Part shown: in pieces, positions 24,853 to 25,724 of the stretch
Numbering within the stretch: position 1 is the first letter of the stretch
How the letters are laid out: every line of letters begins with the position of its first letter
Virus record (IMG/VR): IMGVR_UViG_2778261058_000001
From: a virus
Lineage: Duplodnaviria > Heunggongvirae > Uroviricota > Caudoviricetes
DNA length: 25,724 nt
Strand: one strand, 5' to 3'
Position numbers and translations under genes: made by a program
Notes under the pieces: model-generated
What the model was told of the DNA's origin: nothing
Databases searched by the model: none
The model's input: only the letters and a program-made list of their open reading frames with translations

Positions 24853-24966
24853 TTATTCGTCAGAGAAAAAACGCTCAATCTTTTTCACTGAATGAATAAT
24901 TCGCATAATCCCAATAGCGCAGGCCACCGAAATAATCAGAACAAGCCATGAGATAAATATGCTCAT
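24853..24966 (-). CDS. possible 37-aa single-helix membrane peptide
   Basis: ATG at 24966..24964 overlaps the stop of the upstream 80-aa gene (ATGA). Translation MSIFISWLVLIISVACAIGIMRIIHSVKKIERFFSDE: one hydrophobic helix and a basic tail. Below the ORF-track size cutoff. Confidence 0.3.
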   Translation of the reverse strand: MSIFISWLVLIISVACAIGIMRIIHSVKKIERFFSDE

Positions 24967-25205
24967 GCGATATTCCCCAGGTTATACGGTTCAATGTGGT
25001 CCCCGTTTTCTGCGGCGCAAACGAGTATGGAAAGCTCGTCGAGCGCGTCCGGATCGTCAATGTAAAAAGCCGTGTCGTATATACTCTTGATGGCCCTGGT
25101 CAATGACTCTTGAGCTGCGCGTTCAGCATGAGTGCCTGATGCGCTTAAGCGAAAATGAAAGCGCTCAAGTGCTTTATTGACGAGAGTTTTATATTCTTTA
25201 TCCAT
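24963..25205 (-). CDS. hypothetical protein (80 aa)
   Basis: ORF in the minus-strand gene train; no family recognised. Confidence 0.4.
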   Translation of the reverse strand: MDKEYKTLVNKALERFHFRLSASGTHAERAAQESLTRAIKSIYDTAFYIDDPDALDELSILVCAAENGDHIEPYNLGNIA

Positions 25206-25216
25206 CGCAACGCCCT

Positions 25217-25495
25217 TTAATCTGCCTTCTGGATTTCTGCTTCTGAATCCATGCAGATAATTTCGATATATGGTTCATCGCCATTAACCTGACGTGCTTT
25301 TTCAGCTTCGCTAATAATTTCGCGTACGGTCTGGTACGGAAGTTCCACAAACAATCGCGTGCCGTTCAGATAAAGGTAAGTAGCCACATCTTTTGCTGCC
25401 GGGACTACAGCATCAATAGCCGATGCGCGTAATAACAGTTCACCGCGAAAATCAATAAAACGGATAAATACACCTTGTGCATGCTCTTTGGTCAT
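25217..25495 (-). CDS. hypothetical protein (92 aa)
   Basis: Track ORF 25217..25645 trimmed to the ATG at 25495..25493 with an AGGTG ribosome-binding site; the longer form would overlap the transposase 3' end. Confidence 0.35.
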   Translation of the reverse strand: MTKEHAQGVFIRFIDFRGELLLRASAIDAVVPAAKDVATYLYLNGTRLFVELPYQTVREIISEAEKARQVNGDEPYIEIICMDSEAEIQKAD

Positions 25496-25610
25496 AAAGC
25501 ACCTGTTATAAATCAGCCTGTTTAATAAAACTTTGCCCGCGAAGCAGACGATCAACCGTGCGTAGTGCTGAACCGCCCCGGTTTTCCTGGAGAGTGTTTT
25601 ATCTGTGAAC

Positions 25611-25724
25611 TCAGGCTGCCAGATCATCGTTTCTGATGGAAGCATAATAAACTTTTTCTGCTTCTGCCGGAGGAATATGGCCCAGCCTTTCCAGCAATCG
25701 TCGATTGTTATACCAGTCCACCCA
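25611..25724 (-). mobile_element. 3' end of an IS3-family (rve/DDE integrase-type) transposase gene; remainder lies beyond the right edge
   Basis: Minus-strand frame open from the window edge reads WVDWYNNRRLLERLGHIPPAEAEKVYYASIRNDDLAA then TGA at 25613..25611; the W-x-D-W-Y-N-x-R...LG...P-x-E pattern is the conserved C-terminal tail of retroviral-integrase-type transposases. Confidence 0.55.

Noticed and set aside
1-25724. CRISPR arrays and rRNA genes
   Set aside because: No regularly spaced short direct repeats with unique spacers and no rRNA-like conserved stretches seen; the only repeats are the regulatory ones reported above.

Overview
This window is the structural and replication core of a P2-family temperate myovirus, probably from an enterobacterium, shown in reverse orientation to the standard P2 map. 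All calls rest on reading the six-frame translations by eye and on remembered family signatures; no database search was run. Right to left it carries a tail module on the minus strand (tail fiber N-terminus running off the left edge, I-like, J-like, W-position protein, tape measure, frameshifting chaperone, tube, sheath, S-like and R-like completion proteins) and the P2-type head genes L, M, N, O. P (large terminase) and Q (portal) diverge from O on the plus strand and are followed by an Ogr/Delta-type zinc-finger activator. Beyond that lie a probable cos region, an AT-rich cargo islet with two small unknown genes, a plasmid-type ParM/ParR partition cassette with upstream repeats, the HUH rolling-circle replication gene A, a repeat-rich regulatory region, an SPFH lipoprotein operon, a run of small unknown genes and the 3' end of an IS3-family transposase at the right edge. 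Departures from P2 worth following up are: a holin plus M15-peptidase cassette inside the tail operon, actin-type partition genes in the old/tin hotspot position, a three-element complementary repeat array upstream of the early operon, and no repressor or integrase where P2 has them. No rRNA, tRNA or CRISPR array was seen.
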